A stretch of DNA of 64,000 nucleotides, taken from Lama guanicoe. Lineage: Eukaryota. Below, in pieces: positions 48,227 to 60,749 of this stretch (within the stretch, counting starts at the first letter, position 1; the number at the start of each line of letters is the position of its first letter). Location: assembly GCA_013239625.1 (NCBI GenBank), contig MU053594.1, positions 1,333,654 through 1,397,653 of the forward strand, written 5' to 3'. The notes under the pieces are model-generated. The model worked only from the letters and a program-made list of their open reading frames with translations. It ran no database searches and had not been told where the DNA came from. The translations under genes were made by a program, and so were the position numbers.

Positions 48227-49758
48227 TAGCATAGATAGAAAGCAAGTAGCTTATGAGATGCAGGCAAAACACCTAAGATGTGTGAAGTACAGATGATGCG
48301 TAAGGAAGTAGACATATGCAGAATTCATAAGATATGCTAATTATAGATAAGTTAGTAACCTGTAAGACATGTGAAAGATATATAGAATAAATGGAATGTA
48401 TCTCAAAACAAGTAAGTGTTTCTTAAGGATAGAAAGTGGTGGAAAAAACAAGTCATGATCGCGTCACCTCTGGGCTGACAGCTTGGTCACGCCGAAATCT
48501 GCAAGCCATTGGTTGACATCCATATGGTCTCATTTTGGCCCCATGTGCTCCGTGCAAGAAATGTAAATAACATTCTTGGCTGTTGAGAAGATTAATTGGC
48601 AAGCTAGAGTGGTGGCCAAGCGTACTTGTTCTTGCCCTCGTCATCCTCCTATCAGAGAGCAAATGCATGCTTTGGCCCAGGGGACCTTCTGTGTATTGGG
48701 CCTTGTTCAAATCTTAATTCTGAGCCTCATAACCACACCATCAGCAGGGAAAATGGATACGGCAGAGGGAGGGGAAGCGTTTTGTGACCCAGGATTTTGG
48801 GAGTATGGTCCTTCCACCTGCTTGCCCCCATCCTAAGTGAGTTAACCCACCCCAGCCTTCTCCCCTTGTTTCTTGATTTGCGTTTTAAATAGATTTAAGG
48901 AAATTGTGTGCTTTGAACACATAATTTGGCCCGTGAGCCTTTCTGTTTGGAGACCTCTGAAGTAACTTACCTGGTAGAACACTTAAAGGCTACCATTGCA
49001 TCAGGTAATTTCCCATGTGGGAGGGATCTTGGGAAAGCCATTTTATTGCTCCGAGCCTCAGTTTTCTCATTTTTTTTTTAAATGCAGCTAACGCTACCAA
49101 CTGGGAAACACTGTAGGAATAAATGAGACACTTGGGAGAAGGCAGAGCCTAAGAGCCAGGCATAAAGTAGGTACTCACCAAAAACAGTTCCTTCTGTCTT
49201 TGTGTGACTGTGTACAGTGGCCAGCCTCAGCTTTGTCATCCATTACTAGGGTATCATAATATCTACTGCACAGGCTTGTTCAAGGATTAAATAGAATCAT
49301 TTTTGAAAGCACCTAGCACAGAGCTTGACACACCATACGTGGTCAATCCTTTTTAAATTTCTGTTTTCTTTTTCTTATAAACTAAAAAGAACAATAATAA
49401 AACAGTATAAACAATGCTTCAAAAATGTGGGGAATCTCTCCACCCCCACCACCCACTCAGGTTACATCCCTGGCTGCTCCCCCTGCCCCCCATGCCTTGG
49501 AAGGGTTAGAGCTTTTGTTCCTTTACGGAGAATTGCCATTCATCCTGGAGAAAGAAGCCAAGTGACTTAAATTCCACCCTAAGATGCAAATGACTAACAA
49601 TAGATCCTTGCACAGAAAGAAAGATTTTATAGGGAGAGGGAGGAGGGACAAGAAGACAGGGCTCAGGGGCAGGGCACTCAGACGTGAGGGACAGAGAAAG
49701 GCTTCAAGGGGAGGGCCTGGACACGGGCCAGAACAAAGGCACACTTATTGGCCAAGGG

Positions 49759-49893
49759 AGCCCTCCCTCAGAAGCCCTGCCTCACATACCCCTCCCTCAG
49801 ACAGCCCCTCCCACAAAGCTCCTCCTTCAGACACCCCTCCCACAGACAGCTCCTCCTTCAAACAGACCCTCCCACTGACAACCCCTCCCAGAA
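49759..49893. repeat. Degenerate C-rich minisatellite, about 9 copies of a 14-16-bp unit (consensus ~AGCCCCTCCCTCAGAC)
   Basis: Repeated CCTCCC/CCTCCT-(T/A)CA(G/A)A units seen directly. Confidence 0.8.
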
Positions 49894-51874
49894 GACGAAG
49901 ATGTGCAGCCCTCAAGTTTGCAGGAGTCAACAGGCAAGAAACAAGCAAGCATCCTACGGAAAGGAGTAGCAGAAAACTGAAATGGTCCACCTCGCGTCGA
50001 AAAGACCACCTCCTCCTCTCCTCAGGGCTTCTCCTCGGCCTCAGGGCAAGGGAGGAGGATTGTGGGATTTATGGCTCAGACCAAAAGTGGCCTGCGAGTG
50101 GGTTTCAGGCTGGACCACCGGAGCCCCAGACCAATCTGCAGCCATGCGGGAGGCGGTAGGGCACAGTGAAAACACACTAGGCTTGGCGCGGGCAGTTCTG
50201 ATTGCACATTTCAGCTTCTCACCTTGTTAGGGCTGTGCCCTGGTGAGTCACACACTGTTTCTGTCAGAGAACGTCACATACCTGCAGAGCAAATTTACCT
50301 CCAAGCTGGAAGCGCCAAGCCTCTGTGCCCCTGCTCTTCATGGCCCCAATGAGAGCAGAATGTTCTGGGGTGAGGGGGAAGCCAGGTTGCCAGTGGCAAG
50401 CAATCATATGTGAGCATTCCTGGTAAATTACCTGAAGAGAGCTCAGAAGAAAGAAACCTGAATTTCCAAAGCCACGGTCATTTTTGTATGTGTGTGATGA
50501 ATTTTGCATTATACTAAAATGAATATTCACATTTATATCTAATTTTACATTGGTTTGTTTTTTCTTAAAGCCCCCTGCCCCTAAATTGTACCAGCTTCTC
50601 ATCTCGCCAAACATGGACCCACCCCTAAAGACCTCAGAAGGTTGTTATGTGGATAAAATGAAATGGCCATGAAAGAGTGACTGGCACAGAAAGCTGGAAA
50701 TAAATGCTTATTAAATCTGATTCTGAGGTCCCTGCTCAGCCCCCCTCGGCCCAGGTGAGGTGGGATAGGAGGAGAAAGGCAGCCAATGGACCTCCCCCGG
50801 GTTGAGAAACAGACTGAAGAGCTGGCAGGGAGCCTGCTGCTCTCCAGCCAGAGCCCCTCCGGTCAGACGGGGCCAGATGATGTAGTGACTTGATTCAGTG
50901 GGTGAACATCCAGTGCAGCTTGCTGGAGGCCCCCAGCCTCGTATTACTGTTGACACAAAGCAGATTCCCTTTCTCTAAACCACTGTTTATATTTTAGCCA
51001 AGTGTCCTCCATAAATCTCCGATCCAACCACCAGACTCTCTGGCTGCTACAGAAATGACCAGCTAGAATATAGCCTAATAAGGAATTGGCTGCAGAACCT
51101 GGGGGCATCTCCACATGGAAGCCTTCCTTGGGGGCCCTGACCAGGAAACCCTGATGGAAGACTTTCCACAGTGAGGGGCCAGAACAGGGTTGGGGGCAGC
51201 TTCAGCTGAAAGAAAGGTTCTTTTAAAGAACTGTGTTTCAACCGGGAGACCAGGTCTGTGACATATAGGTACAGTCCAGCCCGGGTTCAGAGAACATTCT
51301 CAAGACCCGGTCCGATAGTTCTAGGAAATATGTAGGCTTGGTTCCAGTTCAAACTCGTTCTCCCATAGCGGGTTTTCAGGAGAAAAATACAACACAACTT
51401 TGTAATCGCTTTGTGGTTCCATAAATTAATATGAGGGCGTGGTTCGGAGCTCAGCACAGCCGTGTGGTGAGTTGCGGTCTGGGGCTCACGGTCTGGCTGA
51501 GGTCCCTGACTGGAAGGGCCTGGGGAGCTGGAGCTGGAAAGATGCAAAGGAGCAATCTTCTTGCAGTAGGAGCTAACAGCTGCCTCCACTTCATCTTGAC
51601 TCAGCAAGGGGCGGTTCAGAAACTGCTCCCCCAGCTCTACGTGGGCCTCTCTTTTCTGCCACAGTCCTGCATGTTTCATAAATAGCCTAGTCCAGAGTAG
51701 CTGTTATTTTAAATAATAATTAAAGAGAGTGAGAGTCATCTTCAGGGGATGGAGGAGGGGAGCGGGCGTCCTTATATTTAGATATTCTGGACTTGATTAT
51801 AAATCCTAGAGCTTGGCTGCTCTGTGGGGATCTCGCTTTTCCAGGCGCGCCCTCGCTGCATGATTAACTGACTA

Positions 51875-51888
51875 CTGCCATCTAGTGG
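51875..51888 (-). promoter_or_regulatory. Strong CTCF consensus motif
   Basis: Plus strand CTGCCATCTAGTGG = minus strand CCACTAGATGGCAG, matching CCASYAGRKGGCRS, in apparently non-repeat DNA. Confidence 0.65.
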
Positions 51889-53089
51889 CTGTGGAGGTCT
51901 CTGAGGACCCAGCTCCTAAATGGACAGAACATTGGGCATTGATTTGAGAGAAGCTATGCTTAATTAGGGTAGCACATCTTAGGGTGGCCTGTAGGCAGGA
52001 TTATGGATCAATCACCCTGGGATGTCCATGTGCGTAATTTCTCCTTTTTGACATCGATTAAAAAAGAAAAAAGAAAAGTTTACAAATTCAGTGCCTGTGG
52101 GTCCTCAATGTCCTGGAATTTATTAGGCAATTGAATCAAAACTACATTCGGAGTCTCACAAAGACTTAGTTAATACTAAGGCTGTGGGTAGCAGCCTTGC
52201 GGTTTTATTCTGAGCTCTCTCTGCAGGCTGCAGTGGCCCGATTGGATGATGGATGTGGCTAGGGTGATGCAAGGAAGACTTCAGCTAGGAAACAGAAATC
52301 CAGGTCCCTGCAGCCATTCTCACAGAGGGTGGTGCCATCCTGTCTGGGCAGCCCTCGGGGCTCAACCCGCAGGTGGTGGGTAAGCCCTTCTGTGAGGAAG
52401 AAAAAAGGGGCCAGGCCTGGATCCTGTAACTTCCCTTTGTCGAAGCTTCTGATTACCTAGAGTGGTGGTTCTGAGGACAGCGCAGATCAAAGAACTGCTG
52501 ATCTGGAATTTTCAGGGAGCTTAGGAAAGGAATGAGATTAACTACGTAAGGAATCCGCAGATGGGCACAAGTGAGTCATTTCGATGAACAAGAAACTTGG
52601 TATGGCCCAAAACATTTGAATCAACGACCACATAAGGACATAAACCGAATCTACATAAAGCATTCGGGTGAGGTCTGCAAAGATTTCTCTTCAGTTATTA
52701 TAGCTTTATTTTTAACCAGGTTACAGCCAAACCCTTTCCCCTGTCAAGTGAGGCTGTGAGGTTTCTGTCCAAAGCTGGGAATGGACCCAAATCACTACAC
52801 CCTCCCCAACCCAGGCTTCAGTGCTCTCATCTGGAAAATGAAGATGTGGCTTTGATTACCCCTCAAATCTCTTCCAGCTGAATTTGAAGTCTTCAAATCT
52901 GAAGTTTCCTTTGTAAGGTTCAATTGGGTTTCTGCCAAAGTGTGCTCAGGGTCTAGAGCAGACTGAACTCAAGACCTTTTACTGCTACCTGGAAGATCTC
53001 CCGAGGAGCGTTCACCCAGAACAGGAGGCTTTGGGGGCTGGAATATGAACTTGAGAGACCATCAGGAGAGGTGCGCTAGAATGATTTCT

Positions 53090-53270
53090 GTAAAGCTGGC
53101 CTAGTGGTAAGACAGCCTCCCTGGGTTCCGGCCTGCCTTGAACTCATTGTGTGACCTTGACAAGTCATTCACTCCCTTAAATGTTGCTTTCCACATCTAA
53201 AAATTGAAAATAATCACCCCCTATATCCTGGTTCCCTCTGAGGATTGTTGGGGGAAAGGCCTAAACAGAT
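53090..53270 (+). mobile_element. MIR SINE
   Basis: CTAGTGGTAAGAC...CTGGGTTC...TGTGTGACCTTGACAAGTCATT...CATCTAAAAATTG. Confidence 0.75.
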
Positions 53271-53633
53271 GCAAGAAGCTAAAACGCTCAGTATGGATTT
53301 TTAAATGCCATTTTTCTGTTTCAGTTGGGTTAAATCTATTTAATATTATAATCTCTTCCAGATGATTGCCAACAAACAAACAGCCAAACAGTACACATCT
53401 GAAAGATCACAGACTTTGCCTTTGAGAAAAAAAAAAAAAAAAGCTAGGCCAAGCCTGAAATAAATCAGTCTTTCTAACCAACAGGGAAGCACAGGCCCTT
53501 CTTTGGGACGGCTCCTTCCAGGGCCTTGAAGCCTCATTGCCTGGAACTGGAGCTTGGAGGTGGGTTAGAAGCTGGCCTGGAGCCCTCAGGCCTGCTGTTT
53601 TAGTAGGTGGTAATGAGGAGAGCTGGAACTCAC

Positions 53634-53757
53634 TTTTTTTTTTTTAATTGAAGGGCAGTCAATTACAGTGTGTTAATTTCTGGTATACACCATAATGTTT
53701 CAGTCATACATATACATACATATATTTGTTTTCATATTCTTTTTCATTATAGGTTAC
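53634..53757 (-). mobile_element. Very short young L1 3' tail
   Basis: T12 followed by AATTGAAG...TTTCTGGTATACAC...CATATTCTTTTTCATTATAGGTTAC; same tail type as at 32175-32368. Confidence 0.85.
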
Positions 53758-56114
53758 CTGGAAGATCTGATGCCATTCTCCTCCTCCAATGTACACCTCT
53801 CTGCAAAAGAGCAGAGAACCAGAAAACTGCAAGATGTGATTCATAACTGTCAATAACATTTATGTCATTTTGATGCTCTAACTCTATTACATTAATTGCT
53901 TTCCTCTCTACACTTTATTTTAAGGTGAGCATTAATTGATTCCCAACTGTAATCACAATCATGGTGAGTTATCCTGATTAATGGAAGATGTGATTAATAG
54001 GTAGGAAGGTACAACTGTTTCTCCTTCCTGGGGGAGAGATGATATATGTTATTATAGCTCTGCTGTAGGCTCCATTTTCCCCAAGAATCTGGAGCTAATA
54101 CACAGCTATCATTCACCAAATTCCATTGTTCTGTCCAGTTGACTAGACATAGCTCCCTTCAGCCTGGCTTGTTTCTCCTGGCCCAGCCCCACTGACGGTG
54201 CACACTTCCTTGGGGAACTCTTCTATTCCAGATCTCAGTGTTTCAAAGATAAGAGAGATGCTAGAATGTCAGCTCTGAATTCTGAATCACAAACTCTGGT
54301 GCAGTTAAGATGGGCAAGGTGATGGGTGTGTATACCCAGAGCCAGATCCAGGAAAGACAATGAAGTCAGCAGAGGGGGAAAGCTCTTGTTTGTTTGTGTA
54401 ACTCTGGCACATGGTAGCTTTTCACCATGTGGTATTTAAAAAGGAGAATGGGCAAATGGAGTTTGTCTTTCCTTTCTATGTCCTTTTGCTACCCAGCTCC
54501 CTGGCTACTAGGTTCCCCCTTGGCAATTCTGGACTCTCCTCTGCCATCCCAGCCAGCTTATCCTCTGGAAGAGGGGCTGTCTCTCTAAACCTCTCTCCTG
54601 ACTCTCTTTCTCACCTGCCCCATGTCCTGCTCCGTCCAGGCCTTGTTGGGAGTTGGGGTAACTCATCAGACATCCTGCTTCATTTGATACCTAATGTTGA
54701 GATCATTAACTCTCCCCGGTAATCCTGTAACAGGAAACTTGAATACTCCTCTTTATGACTACATGGATCAGACCTCCTTCCCAGCCTCGTCTCCAGGCAG
54801 CATCCCCTCTTGCCTAGCCCCCTCACACACCCCTCGTAGATATCTGATAACTTAGTCTCCTATTGGTCCAGTGGCATCTTCTGGATAGAAGCTTCAGGCT
54901 CTCTGGAAAGGGGGACTAGAAGACTTGCTCTGAAGCTGCGATGTTCCTGGTACTTGTTTGTTTAGGGCAGTTGAGGAGGGCGTCTCTTGGAGAATGGTTT
55001 TGGAGAGCTTATGTTTGCATTCCACGGCATTCTCAGCCACTGAGAGTGTCCAAAATTCATACTCTGGTGCCTTTCCCAGGGGCAGAGAGGTCCTTGGCTC
55101 TGTCATCTGTCTGATCAGATTCTACTCAGCCCCCGGGTTTCAGCTTAAATGTAAGATCTTTCCAAGCCACGTGTCCTTCTGACCAGGCAGATTGCACCTC
55201 CGTCCTCTGGGCTCAGAGGCATCCTGGTTGCACCTCTACACAGTCCACACAGCACGCAGCATCACAGCTGTGTAACCCAGATGTCTGCTTTCCCACTTCT
55301 GTGCCGGACAAGTGTCTGAACCCCTGCAGAACTTAATGCAGCTTGTACTTGCCCAGGGACAGCGTGGGGGTGGGGGTGGGGGTTGTGCGGTGAGTCGGGG
55401 CTGAAGTCCAGCTCTCACTTCTCATGACAAGGGGTGCTCCCTGGCCTGGGGTTAAACCTGCCTGTGTGAGGGGGTCTTTTTCCTTCTATAACGGCCATTA
55501 GCTATTAGCCGACTGACTGAAGTCCCGCCCTGGCTGAGTCAGCCCAGGGGAGCATCCTTCCCTGCAGAGCCCAGAGAAGCTGATAAGCTCACAGCACCCC
55601 TGCTCTGGTTCTGTGGGTATGATTTTACCAGCACAACCCTTGGGCATGACCTCAGCTCCTTCAATGTCAATAATGAGTCACACAGCATTTCTGAGGCTCT
55701 TTTGTAGACTTTTCTGAAAATCTCATGGAGAAGAAGACGGGGAGTTGGGCACCGTCCGTGTTGAAGCACATAGTCTCACAGCATACAGTTCTCCCCACAG
55801 ATGGTCCATTCCCACTGAGAGCATCATCAGGCCCCTCCTCCTCCTGGCCCAGCCCCTTGCAGCCCCACTCCCCACCTCAGTCCTGTATCTTCCTCCTCCT
55901 GCATTCCGCCTCTCCACTACACCTATCTTCAGACCTCGCCCACCCCACCCCCTGCCTCCAACTGCAAACTCTCCTCCTTCAGCAAACAAGCTTCGGCTGC
56001 CAGGATCCACGATCCCCCATGTTGCTGTTTCCCCCTCCTGCCCCACTCTCAGACTAACAATGCGAAGTTTTAAAAATACCCTTCTTTTATAATTTGTGAG
56101 TTGATCTATCAACC

Positions 56115-56330
56115 AAAATGTGATTTGACTAGATTCAAACTCCAGTTCCTTCCCTCACTGGCTGCATGACTTTGGGCAAATCACTTAACTTTTCTGAGCC
56201 TCAGTTTCCTCACCCATAAAATAGAGGCAATTATTATGCTGTATCAGAGGGCTCGATAACTTCTCATTCAATTATGAGGATTGAGTGAGATGGTGCACAT
56301 AAGCGGTTGGGCGGATAAGTGTTTGATAGA
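56115..56330 (+). mobile_element. MIR SINE
   Basis: TGACTTTGGGCAAATCACTTAACTTTTCTGAGCCTCAGTTTCCTCACCCATAAAAT is the MIR core. Confidence 0.9.
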
Positions 56331-56989
56331 TGTCAGGTTTACTGTTAATGTATTACTAGATATTAGTGTTATTAAATATTATTGGAATGATTACTGAACA
56401 AGACTATACTCTCTCCGATGTAGCTGGCCGCTACCATCATGCATGGGGTGATGTTAGGTCCATCCTTGGCCTTCACCCACAATCACCAGCAACAATACTC
56501 AAATCCCGTCTCATAGAAAATCAAGCCAGGTGTGCACCTACACGTGAGACCCAGGAACTGCTTTATCCAAATCCTGAGCCTGGATCTTGCCCACCCATGT
56601 CGATTTAGTCCCACGATTGTACATTTTAAGGATCTGTGGTGGTTGGGTTTTCCCTCAGCCTGAGGGCCTCGCTGCTGCTCTTAATTGGTTTGGTTTCAAA
56701 ATAGCTCAGCCCTCCCGGGCACTGGCAGCTGTAGGCTAGGTCCTGATGGACAGTTAATTGATGTGTGTGGGCATGTGTGTATGTCAATGTTTAACCACCT
56801 CAGAAGAACTGAGACTCGGAGCTGTGATCATGCGCTTGAAGGATTATGTTACAAGTTGGGGCCCTTCAGCGAGAGCCTTGCGCTGAAGCTGCCATAGGGA
56901 CAACAGGCACATTTTCAACTCGGTTCAGATCAACGGATTTCTTATTCAGCATCAACAAAGTCTCCAGCACTGTGGCAGACAGTCTGGTG

Positions 56990-57470
56990 AACAGCTCTGG
57001 GATGCTAAAATGACACTGTATGACAACGACAAAAATCTACGCAATGCCTGAGATTGCTTTCCCATGCATTGCGTTTCTTTCCCGCACATCTGGGGACATC
57101 TGGAGCCAGACGGTCTAAGCCGAGCTTGGCTGCAGGTCTGTGGGTCAGCTGGAGACTGGTTTATGTGTTTCTCATCCTCTGTGGACCAATAAGCTACTCC
57201 AGGAATGTTCCGCTCATGGCCTTGGGAGAGGGGAAAAGCCCCAGCCCAACCACACAAGCCCCTGTTTCATTGTACCTACAAACAGTCCATTGACCAAAGC
57301 AGTCAAGTGCCCAAACCCCAGTTAAGGGGCAAGAAGCTCTTCTTCACCTACTAGGAGGCCAAAGCCAGTACCTACACAAACCTAAAGTCTGTGGAGTAGG
57401 GAAATACACCATCACCAACAAGGTGATGATGGAGAGTGAGTATTGCTGCACAATAATCCCATTTACCTCA
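56990..57470 (-). mobile_element. Old MLT1 (J/K-like) LTR
   Basis: TTCTCATCCTCTGTGGACCAATAAGCTACTCCAGGAATGTTC...CCATTGACCAAAGCAGTCA. Confidence 0.6.
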
Positions 57471-59453
57471 TGTCCTGATTGAGATTCAGTGTCAAAGGGA
57501 GCGTCATCTGAACCCCAGTGGTGAGTTCAGGCTTTACCAAAAAGAAGACGTGATTGCACAATGTGGTTGTGATTTTTGTTATCAATGTGGTTCCTGGCCT
57601 GCTTATGTTTAGTTACCTTTGGGGAGAGCAGATCAAGGACGAAGGAGGACTAATGTTTGGAACTGATACTTTGATTCGTTCTCTGCATCCTTAGAAGCAT
57701 CTCAACAGCAATACTTAGGTTACAGCTTTAAGTGTGCAACCAATGAGATGCTATTTGAAGCTTCAGTTTGTCATTGAAAGTATTTGTTTTATCCTTTCCA
57801 ATATAGAGATCATTCTCTTTGATAAATGTAGTCAAGGGTTTTTGGCTTGGGGTTCCTGAAAGTGAAAGCAGAAGGTTGTGTGTAGGGGCCATCAGGTTGT
57901 CAAATAGGCCAGTAATTGGAACAGGGGAATGTTAGTCTGGCCTTCCACAAAAAGGGGAAACTTCAGAAACAAAATCTCAGTGTTGAATCCCAGTGAAAGT
58001 CCAGACATGATCACCAGGGAGATGGTTTCTGAGCCCTTATTAAATAAATGGTGATTCCATCCTCCATGATTCCATTCAAAACATCCAAGCCAAATTTACT
58101 TATTTCCTTTTGGGAAGTCTGTAGATTTCAGGGAAAAGAATCTTGCGTTGATTCCTCTAATACTCTTGTCGTCAAGCTAGAAATATGAGCAATATAGTAA
58201 TACAGTAAAGTCAAATCTTGGTTATTTAGAGCGCTGTTGAGAAAATGTTGATTAAGGTCACCCTGGAGGTCTGCCTCTGGCGAGGTGCCTCAGGACTCTG
58301 TCCTTGGCTCTCCCATCTGACTCTTTTATCAATTACCCGAATGGAAAATAAGAAGTCAGAAAGCACGCTCATCAGGTTTGTGGGTGACACAGTGCTGGGA
58401 GGGTCACTAAAACAGATACAAACCCACACTCACAGAAACAGGCTAGAAGTAGCAGAGGACATTTAACAAAGATAATCACAAAACCTCAAAGTGAGGCCCT
58501 GAAGCAGTACATGCTGTGAAATCATCTGCCTTGACAGCAGGTTAGGTAGAAACATCTGGGGATCTCAGAGGGGCTTCGAGGCCAGTATGAACCAGGAAGG
58601 TAATACAGCTGCCCAGGGAGATGATAAAATTTTCGAGGCCACATTCATAGCAATTACATTCTAGATCAGAAAAAGTCATAGTCCCGCTGGACGTGAAGCT
58701 GACTCAGGCATTTCTGTTGCCCCAGAAATGACCAGGGATAATTTGGTTTTTTTGAACAGCTAGAAAGACATACCCCTCCTCTCTCATTTTTGTCTAATTT
58801 CCCTTCCTGCAGCTCTACCTTTAGGCATAGAGGGCATAACTTTTGATTTAGCAAATAAGCATCTCGTCCATTCAATAAATATTTATTTAGCACCTATCGG
58901 ATGTGAGCACTACATGGAACACCTTTCCCTGGGGTGAGAACCTGGGTCAGACAGCAGGAGCCCACAGTAATGGGGGGAAATGGATAAACACACACATGTT
59001 ACAATGTGAAAAGGGCTAAAACGAGGATGCTTGCAAAGTGCTGTGTTAACACTGATCTCCCTCAGGCAAGAAGCATATTCTCGGGCCAGAGGGGCAGCTT
59101 GTTCTAGAGGGAATCAACGTGGGCGCATTTCACCCCCAGGGCCAACCACAGAGTCCGGCGTAGAGTAGATATTTATTAAGTAATTGATGACCAGATGAAT
59201 GGGAAGGAAGACTTCTGGCAAACGTGAGAGAAGGTCCCGATTTGGCCACTTCCCAGCAGTGAGACTGTGGGCGACTTGAAGCAACTCACTGAACCTTAGT
59301 TTCTTCGTAAGTAAAATAGGAATGATGATCCTCCTCTCCAGGGTTGTTTTGCAGATTTAATGGAACGGAACAGGCTATCAGATGTAAAGTACCTGTAATG
59401 TCGGAAGGTACCTGGGTCCTTGTAAGAACAGATTTAGTATCCATTGTCCCTCT

Positions 59454-59881
59454 TGTTACCAGAGAATAGCTTCTTGTCTCGCACAGGAAAGAATTCAAAA
59501 GCGAGGCATAGTAAATGAAAGTAAGTTTATTCAGGGAGATACACACTCCATAGACAGAGTGCAGGCCATCTCAGAAGGCAAGACAGGGGCGGGAGTAGTT
59601 AGTTTCCATGGGCTCAGTAACTTCACACGCCAATGAGTAGGAGGGTTATTCCAACTACTCTGGGGAAGGGGCAGAGATTCCCAGGAATTGTGCCACCACC
59701 CACTTTTTGACCTTTTATGATTGGCCTAGGAACTGTCATGGCACCTGTGGGTGTGCCATGAGGTTCAAGGTCTACTGGAAGTCGAATCTTCTGCCATCTT
59801 AATTCTAACTGCTTTATCCTGTCCTCAGTTGCTGTTTTATTCCTTCAGTAGTTGTGCCCTGTCCCCTTCCCTCCTGTCTCA
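59454..59881 (-). mobile_element. ERV1-type solo LTR with 4-bp TSD
   Basis: TG...CA termini; minus strand starts TGAGACAGGAGGGAAGGGG; AATAAA on the minus strand (TTTATT ~59526); TSD CTCT at 59450-59453 and 59882-59885. Confidence 0.85.
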
Positions 59882-60089
59882 CTCTGACTCATGTGCCAGC
59901 AAGATCATATTTGGATTAGTCTGAGCATCACATTTTAAGAAGGGCATTTACAAATCAGTGTCTGTTCTGAGAAGAGACCAAAATGAAGGAAGGTTTAAGA
60001 AGCAGAAAGAGTTGAGGGATGAAGGAGGTGAAGATAATTTAAGAGTTTTCCTGGATGAAGGAAAGAGCCCCAGAAGGCAACACCCAAAG

Positions 60090-60749
60090 TGAGACAGGAG
60101 GGAAGGGGGCAGGCCACAGCCATTCAAGGAATGATGTGGCAATTAACACCAAAATGGGGGAAGATTCAACTCCCAGTAGACCTTGAAGCTCAAGATAGCA
60201 GGAGATTTGACTTCTAGTAGACCTTAGCTTCATTGTACACTCATTGTAATATTAACATGGTAAATGACACTCCCACAGGTGCCATGACAGCTTAGAAACT
60301 GAACCATAAAAGGTCAAAGAGCGAGCGGTGATCCAATTCCTGGGGGTCTCAGTCCCTTCCCCAGGGTAGTTGGAATGGTCCTCCCACTTGTTAGCATAGG
60401 AAGCTACCGAGCCAATAAAAATTGGCAACACTGCATCTCATGGCTTCTCTCACTCCCTCGTCTTCGGAGATGGCCCGCGCTCCATCTATGGAATGTGTAT
60501 CTGCTTCTACTTTAACCTGAGCACCCAACCCCCACACCTCTTGGCCTTTCTCTCACCTTCTGAAACAGCCTACACTCCGTGGAGTATGTATCTCTCTAAA
60601 TAAATCTGTCTTTACTCAACTGTGGCTCGCTCTTGAATTCTTTCCTGCGTGAAGCCAAGGACCCACACTTGGCAGGGCACATCCCAGGGACTCAGCCAAG
60701 ATCTGGGACATGGCCCTCTTCATGCTCCACATTCATTTTTCCTGTATCA
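60090..60749 (+). mobile_element. ERV1-type solo LTR related to the preceding one, opposite orientation
   Basis: Starts TGAGACAGGAGGGAAGGGG; AATAAA at ~60599; shared CTCGC..TTGAATTCTTTCCTG; ends CCTGTATCA; flanks CAAAG/TAAAG. Confidence 0.85.

Noticed and set aside
49759..49893. CCTCCCT recombination-hotspot motif or CRISPR-like array
   Set aside because: PRDM9 motifs are species-specific; the units have no unique spacers and the DNA is mammalian.
51287..51685. 130-aa minus-strand ORF with protein-like composition
   Set aside because: No family recognised and no splice or promoter support.
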